From an uncultured archaeon (lineage in GTDB: Archaea; Iainarchaeota; Iainarchaeia; Iainarchaeales; Iainarchaeaceae), in NCBI GenBank assembly GCA_964394025.1, contig CAYMWD010000001.1, positions 1-24,972 on the forward strand: a stretch of 24,972 nucleotides of DNA. The letters run 5' to 3'. Under the pieces are notes generated by a model. That model did no database searches, was not told the origin of the DNA, and saw only the letters and a program-made list of their open reading frames with translations. A program made the position numbers and the translations under genes. Shown here piece after piece: positions 23,550 to 24,972 of the stretch (position 1 is the stretch's first letter; each line of letters begins with the position of its first letter).

Positions 23550-24763
23550 TAGTTTGACACCTCGGCATTCTTTCGCGCAAGAAGATAAAAAGCAGCATAC
23601 GCAGGCAAAGAAACAGATTCATTTTCAAATGGACCAAACCATTCGCCATTCAAATAAAATTTAGGTGCTCTTGCATTTGCAATTTTTATTTCATCATCTC
23701 CAAGTACAACTGTTTCTTTCAAAGGATTAAAATCATTTAAATTGTCTAATGCAAATGATTTTGCTAATAGCCCCGTAGAACCATGAATAGTATTTGGAAC
23801 TCTTATTATTTTGTTTATATCGACAGAAGTTTGTCTATCGACATCAAGTTTCATAGACTCTACTATAAATGAAAGAAAAGAATTCCAAAATTTATCTGCA
23901 TTTACCCCATTTGACAATAAAAAACCCCGCTCAGCATTAGTAATTATATTGTGTTTTTCTTTTAATAGTTTCTTGGCGTTTGAAACTGTTGTTGAACCCA
24001 TAGAAGCAACCAGAACAGGGTCATTTGCATTAAAAATTCGTTCAATCTCCAAAAATATTTTTTTTGACCAGCCTTTTGAAGAACTAATTTTTGGGCAAAA
24101 AAAACCTTTTTTATCCGCATAAAAACCTAAAGATTCAAGATCCAAATTTGTACCTGTAATATAATCAAGAATTTCAAGCCTAGCACTTTTTGAAAGGGAC
24201 TGTACAGCACTAGACCTTACATGAATATGATACCCTTTACTTCCCGAAAAATTAACACTAATCCCCTCAGTGAATCCCAAATCATTTTCAATGATTTTTA
24301 TCAATTCAAGCGATTGTTTTTTTGTCTCACCCAAACATTCAGGGCAAACCCATTCCTCAACTGAAAGCCTTTGCGAACCGCATGAATCACAGGCATCAGG
24401 CGAACCTTTGCCTTGTTTTCCGCAATCACTACATTTCCATGAATCGTGAGTTTCCTTACAATCTGTTTTGATGTCATCCGCATCAAATTCATAAATCAAA
24501 TCTGCTCCAAAAAGATCTTTTTTTTCCATTGGTCTTGCAGAAGGAAATTTATAACGGGCATTTGAATAAGAAATATAAAACGGAGCATTTGTTCTAAGAT
24601 ACTGATTAAGAGCCGAATTTGTTTTGAACTCTAAATGGCGTGATGAAATTTTCTTACCAAATTCGCCCACTCCAAATTCCCTTGAAGCTATCTCAGGAAT
24701 AGAGTCAACAGTAACTGACTTATAATAAGACCTAATCATCCCACTTAGAAACCTTTCCACCAT
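23549..24763 (-). CDS. priS: DNA primase small (catalytic) subunit, not fused to PriL
   Basis: REFG, SRHL.F, GADLIYEFDAD, FSGSKGYHIHV and D..TSVDINKIIRVPNTIHGSTGL, plus a C-terminal GINS-B-like domain (PKFYLNGEWFGPFE...LPAYAAFYLL). Confidence 0.93.
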   Translation of the reverse strand: MVERFLSGMIRSYYKSVTVDSIPEIASREFGVGEFGKKISSRHLEFKTNSALNQYLRTNAPFYISYSNARYKFPSARPMEKKDLFGADLIYEFDADDIKTDCKETHDSWKCSDCGKQGKGSPDACDSCGSQRLSVEEWVCPECLGETKKQSLELIKIIENDLGFTEGISVNFSGSKGYHIHVRSSAVQSLSKSARLEILDYITGTNLDLESLGFYADKKGFFCPKISSSKGWSKKIFLEIERIFNANDPVLVASMGSTTVSNAKKLLKEKHNIITNAERGFLLSNGVNADKFWNSFLSFIVESMKLDVDRQTSVDINKIIRVPNTIHGSTGLLAKSFALDNLNDFNPLKETVVLGDDEIKIANARAPKFYLNGEWFGPFENESVSLPAYAAFYLLARKNAEVSN

Positions 24764-24868
24764 AAAATAGAGAATCCAAAAAACAATTAATAAACAGACG
24801 TAATTCTAAAAAAAAGAAAAAAGAAAAAAAAGGTAAAAATTAGAAAAAAAATAGCTAATCAAAAACAT

Positions 24869-24972
24869 TTACCTTTTTTTCTTTGTTGTTTTCTTTTTTA
24901 CTGCAGGTTTTTTCTTTGCTACAGTTTTCTTTTTAACTGCTGCTTTTTTCTTAACTGGTTTTTTCTTAGCTA
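24869..24972 (-). CDS. C-terminal end of a second histone H1-like K/A/P-rich protein or tail (truncated by window edge)
   Basis: Minus strand reads ...AKKKPVKKKAAVKKKTVAKKKPAVKKKTTKKKR then TAA. Not in the ORF track because it is short and lacks a start within the window. Confidence 0.75.
   Translation of the reverse strand, partial: AKKKPVKKKAAVKKKTVAKKKPAVKKKTTKKKR
24903..24971. repeat. Dispersed 69-nt repeat, copy B (copy A at 6618-6686)
   Basis: Manual ungapped alignment gives 63 of 69 identical nucleotides. Confidence 0.8.

Noticed and set aside
24825-24880. 13-bp inverted repeat AAAAAAAGGTAAA / TTTACCTTTTTTT spanning the stop of the second H1-like ORF
   Set aside because: Almost entirely homopolymer, produced by Lys codons facing a U-rich terminator region; chance is a sufficient explanation.
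1-24972. CRISPR array, rRNA, transposase, intein, frameshifted pseudogene, or Sec/Pyl recoding
   Set aside because: No repeat-spacer periodicity or rRNA-like GC-rich block. All recognised genes are near full length with intact motifs, and no in-frame stops interrupt homology.

Overview
AT-rich, very compact archaeal chromosomal window, mostly housekeeping genes. It encodes Top6B (C-terminal part) and Top6A, Mre11, two tandem HAD phosphatases, tRNA-Cys(GCA), a D-2-hydroxyacid dehydrogenase, Rpl10e, Dph2, PyrH, aRF1, TruD, a processive GT2 synthase, a ~1012-aa Methanococcales-type S-layer protein, an EndoQ-like PHP nuclease, and the conserved priS-gins51-rps27e-aIF2alpha-PAC2 cluster. The compact layout, unfused PriS and S-layer type suggest a DPANN archaeon, perhaps Iainarchaeota (Diapherotrites) or Micrarchaeota; this is inference, not a database result. 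I see no CRISPR array, rRNA, integrase or transposase. I cannot claim a complete new system. The strongest leads are: (1) two near-identical histone-H1-like Lys/Ala/Pro repeats 18 kb apart; (2) a membrane-anchored protein with five 6-Cys repeats; (3) an S-layer gene bracketed by RNA hairpins next to a QxxRW polysaccharide synthase unit; (4) a PriS with an extra Zn ribbon and Glu at a catalytic Asp position; (5) rpl44e and nop10 missing from their usual cluster; (6) an HAD-HAD-mre11 operon with no adjacent rad50. Several ORF-track starts were moved to the nearest ATG where SD or TATA signals supported it.
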